Below, one piece after another: positions 20,567 through 29,632 of a stretch of DNA of 64,000 bases. The stretch lies in the IMG/VR virus record IMGVR_UViG_3300042009_000020, positions 37,780 through 101,779 of that record. One strand, given 5' to 3'. The notes beneath the pieces were generated by a model. That model was not told the DNA's origin, ran no database searches, and saw nothing but the letters and a program-made list of their open reading frames with translations. The position numbers and the translations under genes were made by a program. Within the stretch, counting starts at the first letter, position 1; every line of letters begins with the position of its first letter. Source of the DNA: a virus. Taxonomy: Duplodnaviria > Heunggongvirae > Uroviricota > Caudoviricetes.

Positions 20567-20598
20567 GGGGAGACTGATACTCTTGTCTCCCCAATCAT
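20567..20598 (+). terminator. hairpin (possible weak terminator) between fibre genes
   Basis: GGGGAGAC..loop..GTCTCCCC perfect 8-bp stem, weak T tract. Confidence 0.4.
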
Positions 20599-20611
20599 TT
20601 AAGGAGGAAAC

Positions 20612-21316
20612 ATGTCTAAACAAACTATTAACTTGGGTACTGCTCCAACTGGTGCTGGTGGTGATACGCCACGGTCTGCATTCACTAAAATGCAAGCAAA
20701 CTTTGATGAGGTTTATGTTGCACTTGGTGGTACAACTATTCCAGCATCTCTTCCTCTTACCAAGGGTGGTACTGGTGGTACAGATGCAGCTACTGCACGA
20801 ACTGGACTTGGGTTGGGAACTGTAGCTGTTGAAAGTACAGTTCCTTTAACGAAAGGTGGTACAGGAGGCACTACCGCTGCTGCTGCTCGTACTAACTTGG
20901 GTTTGAAGTCAGCAGCTGTTGCTGACATCTTGGGCACTGTCAGTCACTTCTTTGGTGTTCCTACAGGTTCAATTCTGGAAGCTGGTACTAACGCAAATGG
21001 TGATTATGTTAGGTTTGCTGATGGTACTCAAATTTGTGTGAAGTCAGGTACTACTGGTGCATTGAACCTGACTACAGTAGTGGGACCATGCTTCAACAAC
21101 AACGCTGACTTCCTCAACGCAGCAGCGTTCCCCATTGCATTCAGTGTGGCACCAAAAGTTACGCATTCATATAGACAATCAGCTTGGTATGGGTTTGCTC
21201 AAATTACGACTCTACCTACAACAGCTAACTGGCCGGGGTTGCGTGCGTTCTCAATTGGTTCTTCACCAAGTACCACAATCAACTATGACTTAATTGCAGT
21301 AGGGAGATGGTTCTAA
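20612..21316 (+). CDS. side tail fibre protein
   Basis: 234 aa; duplicated N-terminal motif PLTKGGTGGT.AA.ART.LGLG typical of phage tail fibre N-termini; strong AGGAGG SD. Confidence 0.7.
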   Translation: MSKQTINLGTAPTGAGGDTPRSAFTKMQANFDEVYVALGGTTIPASLPLTKGGTGGTDAATARTGLGLGTVAVESTVPLTKGGTGGTTAAAARTNLGLKSAAVADILGTVSHFFGVPTGSILEAGTNANGDYVRFADGTQICVKSGTTGALNLTTVVGPCFNNNADFLNAAAFPIAFSVAPKVTHSYRQSAWYGFAQITTLPTTANWPGLRAFSIGSSPSTTINYDLIAVGRWF

Positions 21317-21636
21317 TGAAAATTATTCTTTCACCACAACGTCGCGATGAGGCGTTGACAGTATATAAACAAGGTGATGTTCTGACAGTAAACGGTGAAG
21401 AGTTTGACTTCTCAACAATGGTGGAAGGTGACATGTTACCAGCCGAAGCCATTTCTTCTATTTGGTTTGTCGATAAGGTTGAACGAGTTGAGGGTGAATT
21501 GGTGATCACTCTGTTACTCCCAATTCCTCACAACTATAGTCCAGAACAGGCATTCCCTGCACCACTCTTGAATGTTCCAGATGGTGAGGTGATGTTTCCA
21601 CAACCGTTGCCAGAAGTACCAGAAGAGGAGGTTTAA
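21316..21636 (+). CDS. hypothetical protein (possible tail fibre assembly/chaperone)
   Basis: TAATG overlap with fibre stop, acidic C-terminus; ORF track start 21307 also possible. Confidence 0.45.
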   Translation: MKIILSPQRRDEALTVYKQGDVLTVNGEEFDFSTMVEGDMLPAEAISSIWFVDKVERVEGELVITLLLPIPHNYSPEQAFPAPLLNVPDGEVMFPQPLPEVPEEEV

Positions 21637-21638
21637 GT

Positions 21639-22022
21639 ATGAGTATTGATTGGACCAAGATGGTCACAAGTGCACAAAAGCAAGAGGATGAACTGGCAGG
21701 TAAACATGCTTCTATTTCAGCCAAGCGTTATGCTGTTGAAACTTCAGGAGTTGTTCTAGGTGGAATCCCAATTGATACAGGTCGAGACAGTCAAGGACTG
21801 ATTGCAGGAGCTGCATTGTCTGCCTTACTTGACCCTGAGTATGTATGTCGTTGGAAGACACCAGCTGGACCACTGACACTTGATGCAGAACAACTTAAAG
21901 CCGTAGCTCAAGGTGTGCGTGCCCATGTTCAAGCTTGCTTTGACAGAGAGTTTGAACTACGTGACCACCTTGATGCTGGGACTTTCACAGACAACATGTT
22001 AGACGAAGGATGGCCTGTATGA
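21639..22022 (+). CDS. hypothetical protein, DUF4376-like
   Basis: 127 aa, GAGGAGG SD; recalled resemblance to DUF4376 proteins adjacent to fibre genes. Confidence 0.4.
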   Translation: MSIDWTKMVTSAQKQEDELAGKHASISAKRYAVETSGVVLGGIPIDTGRDSQGLIAGAALSALLDPEYVCRWKTPAGPLTLDAEQLKAVAQGVRAHVQACFDREFELRDHLDAGTFTDNMLDEGWPV

Positions 22023-22378
22023 GTGAATTTGTGACCACGCTGAAAACCGAACAACTGGAGCGTACAAAGTTTCGACTTCTCGCTCCTCTTCATTTTCGTG
22101 ATGCTGTTGGTGATGTAGTTGTACCAACAGACTTTGTTACTGACTTTGCAAGTTTGAAAGCTGTTCACAATATCTGCTTATACCCTCTGTACGCTCTTGT
22201 GAGCGGTTATGGTAACTATGGTTGTACTGTGCATGACTATCTATACAGTACGAAGAAAGTAAGCCGTAAAACAGCTGACAGCTACCTTTACCGAGCACTA
22301 CGTACAGAAGGTGTTGCTAACTGGCGTGCACTTGCGTTCTATGTAGGTGCTCGTCTTGGAGGTTGGAAACATTATTGA
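22019..22378 (+). CDS. DUF1353-like protein
   Basis: VVPTDFVTDFASLK resembles the DUF1353 signature (V.PaGF.TDgaSiP); ATGA overlap with upstream stop. Confidence 0.5.
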   Translation: MSEFVTTLKTEQLERTKFRLLAPLHFRDAVGDVVVPTDFVTDFASLKAVHNICLYPLYALVSGYGNYGCTVHDYLYSTKKVSRKTADSYLYRALRTEGVANWRALAFYVGARLGGWKHY

Positions 22379-22387
22379 GGAGATAAT

Positions 22388-22966
22388 ATGAAGCTACCAA
22401 TCACTAACAGTTTGAAAGCTAAGGTGTTTGCTGCTCTTCTTGCTGCCGGTGTTGCTGGTCCAAGTGCCTATGTGGCTTCTCAACTAACTGTTCCATCTGA
22501 GGGTGTAATGACACATCTTCATTTGGACCCAGTTGGGTTACAGACGACATGCATTGGACACTTGGTTAAGAAAGGTGAAACTCCAAAGCAGAATTACACG
22601 GAAGACGAATGTATTGCTCAGTTTGTTAAAGACTGGATCATACATGAAAAGATTGTTGAAAGTGCTGTGCGTGTTCCATTTCGTTCTGAATGGATGAAAG
22701 GAGCTGTCACAGACTTCACTTTTAACAAGGGTGGTGGGAACTTACAATCCAGCACAATGCTCGCCAAGTTGAATCGTCAAGACTACGATGGTGCATGTAT
22801 TGAGTTAACCAAGTGGGTATTTGGGACGATCAATGGTAAGAAAGTTAAACTGAAAGGTTTAGAGATTCGAGCCAGTGAGCAATACAAATATTGCATGGGT
22901 GCAGATGGTACTATGGGTGGTACAGTTCCTGCCTATTATAAACCAATTATGAAAGTGTGGGAGTAA
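22388..22966 (+). CDS. SAR endolysin (GH24 T4/lambda-R-type lysozyme)
   Basis: N-terminal weakly hydrophobic Gly/Ala-rich TMD (VFAALLAAGVAGPSAYVA) then E..D..T catalytic triad context SEGVMTHLHLDPVGLQTTCIGH. Confidence 0.85.
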   Translation: MKLPITNSLKAKVFAALLAAGVAGPSAYVASQLTVPSEGVMTHLHLDPVGLQTTCIGHLVKKGETPKQNYTEDECIAQFVKDWIIHEKIVESAVRVPFRSEWMKGAVTDFTFNKGGGNLQSSTMLAKLNRQDYDGACIELTKWVFGTINGKKVKLKGLEIRASEQYKYCMGADGTMGGTVPAYYKPIMKVWE

Positions 22967-22970
22967 CGAT

Positions 22971-23234
22971 ATGAGCAAGAAGTTTTACGTACATCTTTGT
23001 AAGCACTACCAGACATACTCGTTAATCGCTAATATCTTGAATGCTGTTAGTATGGCTGGTATGTCTCTACTTGGTATTCTGACAAGTACGATGACGGTCA
23101 CTTGGTTGGTCGGTTGGGGTATTATGTTCGCAGCCATGCTGGGAATTGGTAAACTGCTCGACCAAGAGATTGACGACATGGATAAAGTAAAGGAGCACAC
23201 TCATGAATCTAATACTCGCGACATTGAAAAGTAA
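22971..23234 (+). CDS. holin (pinholin-like, two TMDs)
   Basis: 87 aa, two hydrophobic segments, charged C-terminus, between SAR endolysin and spanins. Confidence 0.65.
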   Translation: MSKKFYVHLCKHYQTYSLIANILNAVSMAGMSLLGILTSTMTVTWLVGWGIMFAAMLGIGKLLDQEIDDMDKVKEHTHESNTRDIEK

Positions 23235-23589
23235 AGGGTTGAGTATCCTCTGCATTGTTCTGGCAACACTTCTCACAGCATCATACTTATCAGGTAAAGC
23301 TGACAGGGTAAAGCTGACTGCAACCCAAGGTAAGTTGTTGGCACATGTGCAGTTGAATAAGAGACTGAGTGACCAGAACTTGGAACTTGCAGAAGAGATT
23401 AAGACAAAACCTGCTGAGTATATAACCATTACAAAGGAAGTTTCAAAGGAAGTATGTACTGGAGTGGTAAAGCAACAGTTGATAAATGCTATACCATCTA
23501 AGAAGGGAGTTAATAATGGAACTACTGCGCAAAACACTGCTGACATTGATGATCGTTTGCCTGATAACCTGCTCAAGTTGCTCAAGTAA
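23203..23589 (+). CDS. i-spanin (Rz-like)
   Basis: N-terminal TMD, periplasmic coiled-coil region, contains embedded +1-frame lipoprotein gene. Confidence 0.75.
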   Translation: MNLILATLKSKGLSILCIVLATLLTASYLSGKADRVKLTATQGKLLAHVQLNKRLSDQNLELAEEIKTKPAEYITITKEVSKEVCTGVVKQQLINAIPSKKGVNNGTTAQNTADIDDRLPDNLLKLLK

Positions 23590-23815
23590 GCCACCAGAGA
23601 CGATTGTAGAGACGATCTATGTAAAGGAACATATCCCATTGGACTTGCTAAGAGTGAGTTGTATAGAGAAGCCAGCGGGTGAAACAGTTCGTACTCTTGC
23701 TAGTTCATGGGTAAACAACACAAGCTGCCTTCGCGCACACCAGATTTTGGTTGAGGGTTTGATTAAAAACTATACGGAACAAGGGGCAGTCAATGATGAG
23801 CAACCCAACAAATGA
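23516..23815 (+). CDS. o-spanin (Rz1-like lipoprotein), overlapped architecture
   Basis: signal peptide MELLRKTLLTLMIVCLITC with lipobox LITC, Cys/Pro-rich mature part; AGGGAG SD 8 nt upstream; starts inside i-spanin in a different frame and extends past it. Confidence 0.7.
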   Translation: MELLRKTLLTLMIVCLITCSSCSSKPPETIVETIYVKEHIPLDLLRVSCIEKPAGETVRTLASSWVNNTSCLRAHQILVEGLIKNYTEQGAVNDEQPNK

Positions 23816-24131
23816 AGGTGGTAAGTTACAGGAGTTAATCCAGAAGTTTGGTGGGTGGGCCGGTGTCGCACTGATTTCATTGGCGGCATTCATGTACCAA
23901 GGTGATAAGGCTAGCACACAACAAGCGATTGAAGGTCTTGAAAAAAACATAGCCACAAACCAGAGGGCAATCAGTAGGTTGCAAGATGGGAAAGCTTCCA
24001 GAGCTGAGCTTAAAGAGCTGCAAGAAGCATGGTTGAGGGAGTCACAAAGCTCTAGACAAGATTATAAAGACCAGATGAATATCCTAAGAAATGATATTAT
24101 ACAAAGGTTGGATATCATAAACAAAAGATAA
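23793..24131 (+). CDS. membrane protein with coiled coil (possible lysis regulator)
   Basis: 112 aa, single TMD then heptad-rich segment; last gene before terminator. Confidence 0.45.
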   Translation: MMSNPTNEGGKLQELIQKFGGWAGVALISLAAFMYQGDKASTQQAIEGLEKNIATNQRAISRLQDGKASRAELKELQEAWLRESQSSRQDYKDQMNILRNDIIQRLDIINKR

Positions 24132-24141
24132 AATACAACTA

Positions 24142-24176
24142 AACCCCGGATCACTTACGTGCCGGGGCTTTTTCAT
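24142..24176. terminator. bidirectional intrinsic terminator
   Basis: CCCCGG..loop..CCGGGG stem then CTTTTTC; sits between convergent operons. Confidence 0.75.
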
Positions 24177-24179
24177 GTC

Positions 24180-24353
24180 TTAAATCCAGTCAGACAATGT
24201 TGTATTTACATGGTCCTCTGTAATACAAACATAATCATGTCGTTTAGATAATTCTTCTTTAACTAGAAGACAGTCTTCATAACTTCCTTTGAACTTGATG
24301 TCATTAAAGCCACCTACTGGGTAATAGTGATCATGAGCAACTACGTAATGCAT
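24180..24353 (-). CDS. hypothetical small protein (57 aa)
   Basis: ATGA overlap with upstream gene stop; MHYVVAHDHYYPVGGFNDIKF...; below 60-aa ORF-track cutoff. Confidence 0.35.
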   Translation of the reverse strand: MHYVVAHDHYYPVGGFNDIKFKGSYEDCLLVKEELSKRHDYVCITEDHVNTTLSDWI

Positions 24354-24586
24354 TAGCTAAACATCTCCTCTAGTGTTTTGTTCATTAGTATGTCATATAG
24401 GTGATGGCCGGGAAACAACCCATCTTGTCGCAGTCTGACATCCGCTCTGTGCTTGATTAGATCGAAAGCGTTAGCTTCACCCATGTTAGTTCGTACAGCG
24501 TCAGCACATACCCAATGGCACTTCAGAAGACCGTTGAATACTTGTCCGTCAACCATTGGTAGATTACAACCGGGGCAGTTATTCAT
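24353..24586 (-). CDS. Zn-ribbon-like small protein
   Basis: CPGCN...CHWVC cysteine pairs. Confidence 0.45.
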   Translation of the reverse strand: MNNCPGCNLPMVDGQVFNGLLKCHWVCADAVRTNMGEANAFDLIKHRADVRLRQDGLFPGHHLYDILMNKTLEEMFS

Positions 24587-24783
24587 CGTCCTTCACTCCA
24601 TCGAATCTTACGAACCATCTCTTCAGCTTGGTGCGCATATCGAGGGTCATCACAGAATACTGCAATTGTTGAAAGTAGTGCAAACATTTCAATATAATGA
24701 TCAGAGTTGATCTTCACCTGTTGTTGCTCAATACGTGTAATGTGATCCATTTGAATCTCCTTATTTGTTGTACCAGTGAACAT
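24583..24783 (-). CDS. hypothetical protein
   Basis: 66 aa, overlapping start/stop with neighbours. Confidence 0.4.
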   Translation of the reverse strand: MFTGTTNKEIQMDHITRIEQQQVKINSDHYIEMFALLSTIAVFCDDPRYAHQAEEMVRKIRWSEGR

Positions 24784-24976
24784 GAGTTACACCTTCTGGA
24801 ATCTCTTTACCACGGAAATACCATTCCCAAACATCTACACCGTAGTTGAAGTGTGTTTCATTACCAAGCCAACCGCAACCATCATCTGGAATGAAGGCAC
24901 CACACTTTACACTCTGAAGAAAGTCTTTGATTGTCATTACATCTGAGAAATAATCACGCTCTTGATTAAAAATCAT
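24761..24976 (-). CDS. hypothetical protein
   Basis: 71 aa Trp/His-rich ORF in leftward operon. Confidence 0.4.
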   Translation of the reverse strand: MIFNQERDYFSDVMTIKDFLQSVKCGAFIPDDGCGWLGNETHFNYGVDVWEWYFRGKEIPEGVTHVHWYNK

Positions 24977-25200
24977 TCTGTTCGTTTAGCCTCATGTTCA
25001 AATGTACCGACAGGATACGTTGGTTTGATTCGTTGTTCAACACTAGAAACCTTCTTGGAAGCAACATTAGACACTTCACAATGCTTAACCGTAGGTTGTT
25101 CAGCTTTACTATGTGAATAGGTGGATAAAGCACCACCTATGATAATACCAAAGAAAACACCAATCAATGTACAACCAAGTTTGTCAAAACCGTGCATCAA
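24973..25200 (-). CDS. small membrane protein
   Basis: 75 aa, one TMD (IGVFFGIIIGGALSTY). Confidence 0.4.
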   Translation of the reverse strand: MMHGFDKLGCTLIGVFFGIIIGGALSTYSHSKAEQPTVKHCEVSNVASKKVSSVEQRIKPTYPVGTFEHEAKRTE

Positions 25201-25388
25201 TCACCATCCATATCAAGTTCTAGTTGTACGTCAAGCTCTTGCTCAAGCTTTTCAATATCTGATGACAACTCTTGGGTTACAAAGATTGCTTCACCAAAAC
25301 CATCACAGTTCTCGATATCGTCAAGTCGCTGACGAATACGTTGTAGTTCAATATACCAAGATGTTCCGTAGTCACGAATGTTCATCAT
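25197..25388 (-). CDS. hypothetical acidic protein
   Basis: 63 aa, overlaps neighbours by 4 nt. Confidence 0.4.
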   Translation of the reverse strand: MMNIRDYGTSWYIELQRIRQRLDDIENCDGFGEAIFVTQELSSDIEKLEQELDVQLELDMDGD

Positions 25389-26527
25389 TCCTCCTTTAGC
25401 AAATACGAATTTGACACAATCTTAAAGCTAAAATCACGGTCAATACTTTTGTACACAAATCCCTCACGCCTTTTACCATTCAAACCGGATGGTCCATCAG
25501 CATCTTCAATAGCTTCGACAACTGTTGGCAAGAGCGATACAATACCAGCTTGTGGTACGCCGGTCAACCCTTGATCATAAAGAATGTTCAACCGCTCTTT
25601 CGGTAGCAAATAACGCTTTGCATCAATATCATAGATATCGTAGATGTAGAATTGATTAGACTTGACACCTTCAAAGTTCTTTTGAATCGATGGACCAACC
25701 ATTTCACCCTGAATAGCTAGATTGCGATTCAGTTTAACGAGTGTATCAATCACACCAGAGTTCCGAGCCATTTGAGTGAAAGCATTCACATCTGCTGGAA
25801 TATGAGTTACAAACTTAGCATGACGGATACCATGTTTCTTAACTTGTTTGAAGTAATCCTTGAACGACTTAATGAAACCCTTTTTCTCAACTTGCATTCG
25901 GAACGATACATTGCGAGACGCAACGCCAGTCACACCATCTTTAATCCAGACAGTCATAGAAGAACCATCAAGTTTGAATGTCTTCTCGAATAGTTCACCA
26001 TCTTCTACCGACTGCAAGTAACGAGGGACAATGTTCTGTACACGGTTCTGATCAGTCTTTGGAATGAACGATGGGAATGGTTTAGTTGCACGACCTTTAA
26101 CACCGTCAGCAACACCAGCGTTATTCATCGAACGCTCTTCACCCTTCTCATACTTCATGATACCAAGAGTCTTTGTGAAGTCCATATCTACATTGCAAGT
26201 TGGACTAGCATTCACATCAGACAATGGTACACAAAAACCTTGCGACAATTGTTTCATCAACTTCGCTGTCTTGATGCGAGCATAACCCTTACCATCAATC
26301 TCAAACAGCAACTTAGATGATAGTTTGGTCAGTGAAGCAAATGCAGGGTGGTCAGTTGGCAAAAGTGAATCGACCTCGAAATACATGCATTTGTCGCCAG
26401 CTTTATACAAACCCTTCTGGACAACTACCTGCCAACCACCAATAAAAGCCAATTCAATTCGTTCAGCCCCTTCGATTTCATGCAGTGAATCAATTTGTAC
26501 AACACGGGCCAACTTACGGTCAGACAT
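25385..26527 (-). CDS. ATP-dependent RNA ligase (Rnl, nucleotidyltransferase motif I KLDGSS)
   Basis: 380 aa; N-terminal OB-like domain (KLARVVQI..IEGAERIELA..GWQVVVQKG) then KLDGSS motif I; family common in phages. Confidence 0.6.
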   Translation of the reverse strand: MSDRKLARVVQIDSLHEIEGAERIELAFIGGWQVVVQKGLYKAGDKCMYFEVDSLLPTDHPAFASLTKLSSKLLFEIDGKGYARIKTAKLMKQLSQGFCVPLSDVNASPTCNVDMDFTKTLGIMKYEKGEERSMNNAGVADGVKGRATKPFPSFIPKTDQNRVQNIVPRYLQSVEDGELFEKTFKLDGSSMTVWIKDGVTGVASRNVSFRMQVEKKGFIKSFKDYFKQVKKHGIRHAKFVTHIPADVNAFTQMARNSGVIDTLVKLNRNLAIQGEMVGPSIQKNFEGVKSNQFYIYDIYDIDAKRYLLPKERLNILYDQGLTGVPQAGIVSLLPTVVEAIEDADGPSGLNGKRREGFVYKSIDRDFSFKIVSNSYLLKEE

Positions 26528-26808
26528 TAAAACTCTCCATTTTGTTTATCAATTGCATTTTGTACGATCAAAGTGATTCGATCATCATTTTTGTTAGCGA
26601 AGTATTGTAACTCATCTTCATCGAAAGACCACCAACCGATTGAGTCCTTCCCTTTGGCAGATGAAACACGGAAAGCCGTTTCTCGGTATCCGTAAAATTC
26701 AGTGTCACAAGCAGCGTTGCTGTTGAATGTGCCTTTAACATGGTAATCCTCAATATCAGTTACGTTGAACTTTGTGTATTCCGAGAATACTAAATCATTG
26801 AACTCCAA
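26527..26808 (-). CDS. hypothetical protein
   Basis: 93 aa ORF downstream of helicase, stop/start overlap with ligase gene. Confidence 0.45.
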   Translation of the reverse strand: MEFNDLVFSEYTKFNVTDIEDYHVKGTFNSNAACDTEFYGYRETAFRVSSAKGKDSIGWWSFDEDELQYFANKNDDRITLIVQNAIDKQNGEF

Positions 26809-26864
26809 TCGTCAATACTCCTCAAGTTATCCCTCAAATATAATGCTTCACGAACGGTGTTGCA

Positions 26865-26892
26865 GACAATACATTGCCACCCTTGTATTGTC
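26865..26892. promoter_or_regulatory. perfect 9-bp inverted repeat GACAATACA-N10-TGTATTGTC (operator or RNA hairpin)
   Basis: in 100-nt gap between helicase and downstream gene; overlaps a possible internal minus-strand promoter (TTCTGACA..TATTGT). Confidence 0.4.
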
Positions 26893-26911
26893 AGAACCCA
26901 TATCTGATACT

Positions 26912-28450
26912 TCATTTTTGAACCTTTCGATCTTTTATCCGTTCAATCATATGAATCACAGTACCATTGTAACCCAGTACTTTCTTGGTACGAGTCAGAC
27001 CAACATACAGTAAATTGCGTTCCATATCTTGTAGACCAACCCATTCACCTTGTTGATTGTACGGCGATGGAAAGTCATCTGCAAGGATTACAACATCAAA
27101 CTCACGACCTTTCGCCTTGTGAGCAGTTGTCAACGTTACATCTGGATCAGTACAGTTCTTATGCTTGGACAGTACACCCAGCACTTTGTAGACAGAACCA
27201 TTCTGCACCATGTTGAATACACGAAGCAACTCACCTTGAACAGCTTGGGCTTCCGTCTCACACTCTTTCCAACTTGCAAACTGTACAAGGCTTTCGTGTT
27301 TAACCTTGGTCATGTTTCCGCGTTGTAGTTCGATTGCAGAATCAAGCAGTTTGGTAAAGTCAGATACATCAATTTCTAGATTGACTTTCTTACCTTGTTC
27401 CAACAGGTCAACGGCTTCAAAGATCAAAGCACCGTTAGTGCGGAACAACATGGTGTACGGACCATCCCAAATCTCTTGAGGGATTTCATGCTTTGGCATA
27501 GCTTGAGTGGTTAGTTTCTCCCAACCTTTTACCGCTGTGATCTTATGACCATCTTGAGCCAGAACACAGTCAGCAAGATCACCAATTGTTTGACCGAAAC
27601 GGAAGCTCTTGGACAAACCAGCTTCAGGCCAATCAAGTTCAAGCATTGCATTCTTTGCACCACGCCACGAATAGATGTTCTGATAACCATCACCTACAGC
27701 ATACAACCGACATTTATCTTTCTGACGCAAGAAGATATCAAGTACAACTTCGTTGACATCCTGACATTCATCCAGATACAACACTTCATAACGAGATAGG
27801 TCAGGTTTAGACAGTTGGAACAACTTCAGGTATGTATCGTGTGTAGCCAGCACATCAGAGCGAAGGTCGGTACGTAGACGCCATAGCTTCTGGGCACAAC
27901 TCAGCACCAGATATTTGTACGCACGCATACTCTTTTCATCTTTCAACAGAATTTGATCACATGGACCAATAGACACATGTTTGTATCCAATCTCTTCGTC
28001 AGCAGATTGTTCGTATTTAGCAACGGTTTCCTTGATGGCAACACCAACACCACCTTGTTTCATTTTGCGAGCTTCACGCTCACCTTCAATCATGTACAGA
28101 AAATCACCAGTTTTGAAATACTTGGCAATCTCAGTACCAGTACCAGCCACGTTTTTGTAAGCACCTTGTGGGCGAGTCAGTTTATTGCGAAGTTGTGCAC
28201 CAAACGAAGCATACGCCAAACTGTGAGTGGTTCGACACTCAACCCACGATGGGAAGCGCCCACGAGCCTCGTCAGCCAACGATTTGTTGAAGGTTAACAT
28301 CAGACTAGGGACTACGTGTTCTTCAGCCACCATCGTCAACGTAGACGTTTTGGCAGCACCAGCATAAGCAGAGATTTTCATTGCACGATGGATCTTGGAC
28401 ATTGCAACTACGTTGTTCTGTTCATCTGTTGGTACGATCTTGTTGCTCAC
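26912..28450 (-). CDS. SF1 UvrD/PcrA-like DNA helicase (GTG start)
   Basis: Walker A AGAAKTST, motif II LDECQD, motif V TAHKAKGREFD, motif VI VGLTRTKK; AAGGAG SD before GTG. Confidence 0.75.
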   Translation of the reverse strand: MSNKIVPTDEQNNVVAMSKIHRAMKISAYAGAAKTSTLTMVAEEHVVPSLMLTFNKSLADEARGRFPSWVECRTTHSLAYASFGAQLRNKLTRPQGAYKNVAGTGTEIAKYFKTGDFLYMIEGEREARKMKQGGVGVAIKETVAKYEQSADEEIGYKHVSIGPCDQILLKDEKSMRAYKYLVLSCAQKLWRLRTDLRSDVLATHDTYLKLFQLSKPDLSRYEVLYLDECQDVNEVVLDIFLRQKDKCRLYAVGDGYQNIYSWRGAKNAMLELDWPEAGLSKSFRFGQTIGDLADCVLAQDGHKITAVKGWEKLTTQAMPKHEIPQEIWDGPYTMLFRTNGALIFEAVDLLEQGKKVNLEIDVSDFTKLLDSAIELQRGNMTKVKHESLVQFASWKECETEAQAVQGELLRVFNMVQNGSVYKVLGVLSKHKNCTDPDVTLTTAHKAKGREFDVVILADDFPSPYNQQGEWVGLQDMERNLLYVGLTRTKKVLGYNGTVIHMIERIKDRKVQK

Positions 28451-28595
28451 TTAAACCACTCCTTGATTCGCCACCAGAGTGGCTTGTTCATATTCGATGG
28501 AAGCAATTGTACACGGTTCTGAGGAGGAGTGCTACCACCAATACAGCTCCAACCTGAATCATTTGTCTTCTTTAATCGTTTCGAACCATCTGTCT

Positions 28596-28919
28596 TCACT
28601 CCTCACCCAATTCTTTCTTGAGGGTTTCTAACTGAGCGCGTTTGAAGGCAAGAACTCGATCCCGTTCATCTTTCTCTTTGGTCAGGCGCTCAGCATATTC
28701 CTCATCGGTTTCAATCCGACGATCATACACGTTCACAACCTGTCTGTCTGAGTCACCCCAGCTACCATACTGAGTTTCGTATTCCAGAATAATCACACTG
28801 TCAATTGTGTTCTCTTCTTTGAGTCTGGTCAAACGTTCAATTACTTCGTCAATAGGACCAGACAAATCATATGTCAAGTCCTGATACTTGCGTAGTACGT
28901 CGATTACTTTCTTAGTCAT
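28596..28919 (-). CDS. hypothetical protein
   Basis: 107 aa charged/coiled-coil ORF. Confidence 0.45.
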   Translation of the reverse strand: MTKKVIDVLRKYQDLTYDLSGPIDEVIERLTRLKEENTIDSVIILEYETQYGSWGDSDRQVVNVYDRRIETDEEYAERLTKEKDERDRVLAFKRAQLETLKKELGEE

Positions 28920-29107
28920 TACACTAGCTCCGACAATGCATCTCGTGCATGTTGAAGGTCGTCATAAGCAGTGTCACAGTTTTCTTTCAGATGTGCCAGT
29001 TCACCAATCAGGTCATCCAGTTTGTCGCGTTCAACACCAACGGCTTTCATCCGCTTCTCAATCTGCTTGATTGCTGTCTTCATTGACATTGTTGGTTTGG
29101 TATTCAT
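28919..29107 (-). CDS. hypothetical protein
   Basis: 62 aa. Confidence 0.35.
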   Translation of the reverse strand: MNTKPTMSMKTAIKQIEKRMKAVGVERDKLDDLIGELAHLKENCDTAYDDLQHARDALSELV

Positions 29108-29361
29108 GATTTGTGTTCCTTACAGTATTTGTTTGGGCAGTAGATCGTACAAACCTCCTTGACCCTCAGATGAGTGTTGCAGATTTTACAGTGGTATCCG
29201 GGTTTGTCAATCTCTTCTACAGTTTCCGCTTTGAATTCAACATTGTTTAGATTATGTTGAACACCTTTCAGGATTGTATCCGCATCACGTTTTGAATGGC
29301 AAGTAATCGTCTCAACGACCACATTCGTTGCTCTCTCGGTGATTCGTACAGAGTATTTCAT
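29104..29361 (-). CDS. Zn-finger small protein
   Basis: HCKICN...YCPNKYCKEH cysteine motifs. Confidence 0.45.
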   Translation of the reverse strand: MKYSVRITERATNVVVETITCHSKRDADTILKGVQHNLNNVEFKAETVEEIDKPGYHCKICNTHLRVKEVCTIYCPNKYCKEHKS

Positions 29362-29606
29362 TTCAATTGCTCCAGTGGAATCAGGTCAGTGAGTGGACGA
29401 CACAGTTCATTCAACGGTTTACCCTCACCCTTGAACCAGCGTTGTGCCTGCACTCCATGTGGATGATCAGTGATACTACTTGCCCAATATTCACACACGA
29501 AATGGTATTTGTCACCCTCAATTCGATACCACCCACCATTATATGCTTCTTGCTCTGGTGCCCAGTGTGTTGCGCCAGATGGTGCTTTTGTGATATTTGG
29601 TCGCAT
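29358..29606 (-). CDS. hypothetical protein (first gene of leftward operon)
   Basis: 82 aa, just downstream of minus-strand promoter. Confidence 0.45.
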   Translation of the reverse strand: MRPNITKAPSGATHWAPEQEAYNGGWYRIEGDKYHFVCEYWASSITDHPHGVQAQRWFKGEGKPLNELCRPLTDLIPLEQLK

Positions 29607-29632
29607 GGTTATTTCTCCTTGGGAATGTCACC

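Noticed and set aside
24142-24176. Possible attachment site or integrase nearby because the region follows lysis genes
   Set aside because: No tyrosine/serine recombinase ORF and no tRNA-like core sequence found. The hairpin plus T-tract reads as a terminator.
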